From NCBI GenBank assembly GCA_973895155.1, contig OZ316899.1, positions 13,829,934 through 13,893,933 on the forward strand: a stretch of DNA of 64,000 bases, given 5' to 3'. A model generated the notes under the pieces. It was given only the letters and a program-made list of their open reading frames with translations. It did not search any database and was not told the DNA's origin. Source of the DNA: Marsupella aquatica (taxonomy: Eukaryota > Plantae > Marchantiophyta). The stretch's first letter is position 1, and the number at the start of each line of letters is the position of its first letter. Below are positions 63,547 through 64,000 of the stretch, one piece after another. The translations under genes and the position numbers were made by a program.

Positions 63547-64000
63547 GTCTTCTTTGCCTGTGCTGTTGTGCGAGGTGGTGGGAGGAGTTCTGGCCTACAC
63601 GTCACAATTGAAACAATTTGGTTTTAGTACAGAATGGAACACTTGTCTCCCGTCACCACACACCTATGCCGACCAGCATATTTCATCATTCTGGCTAGGG
63701 CGATTGTGAATTGAAGAATGAAAAATAGAGTGTATGACAAATGAAAGATTTAGGGTCCTTTCACTTGTGATTTTGTAGTAGTTTAAGTACGTAGGAGTTA
63801 ATTGACCATTTTGGATAGTATGTACTAACACGTACTCGATGGTCCGGACAGATGAATAGGAATAATGATATGGCTAGTAAGATCCTATTGTTACTTTACC
63901 TCTAGAAGAAGTTTGACTTGATGGAGTTGGCTGTCAAGGAGATCAAACTTGTGGTTGAAACTCGTTGCCATCCTGTTATTCTTGTCCGCCCGTAGCAGGT

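Noticed and set aside
49800-64000. Terminal inverted repeats and TSD of the MULE
   Set aside because: I could not find a convincing inverted pair by eye, so the element boundaries remain undefined.

Overview
Repeat-rich eukaryotic DNA, most likely a plant: it has TTTAGGG-type motifs, GT-AG introns and CpG decay. A non-seed plant is my inference only. I found no intact host gene, rRNA, tRNA or CRISPR array. Layout: (i) 1-4.6 kb, an LTR end plus a decayed Ty3/gypsy gag-protease-RT on the minus strand. (ii) About 5-27 kb, a mosaic of non-autonomous Helitron-like segments (TC...hairpin-CTAG ends) duplicated in 1-4 kb blocks, with telomere-derived minisatellites. (iii) 27-40 kb, an LTR and decayed retrotransposon accessory ORFs. 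(iv) 40.7-46.2 kb, a gypsy-like element whose polyprotein runs gag - zinc knuckles - aspartic protease - C5 DNA methyltransferase and is cut off by a foreign LTR. (v) 52-62 kb, a Mutator-like (GCM-like/DDE/SWIM) transposase lying head-to-head with a 4-exon gene that has an N-terminal ParB/Srx-like motif and a C-terminal N4C/N6A (beta-class) methyltransferase-like fold. About 18 copies of the palindrome TAGCGCCNGGCGCTA sit only in the introns and flanks of this unit. (vi) 62.9-63.7 kb, a telobox-Myb pseudogene. The best candidate for an undescribed system is (v), followed by (iv). All copies here are pseudogenised, and domain calls come from motif recognition by eye, not from database searches.
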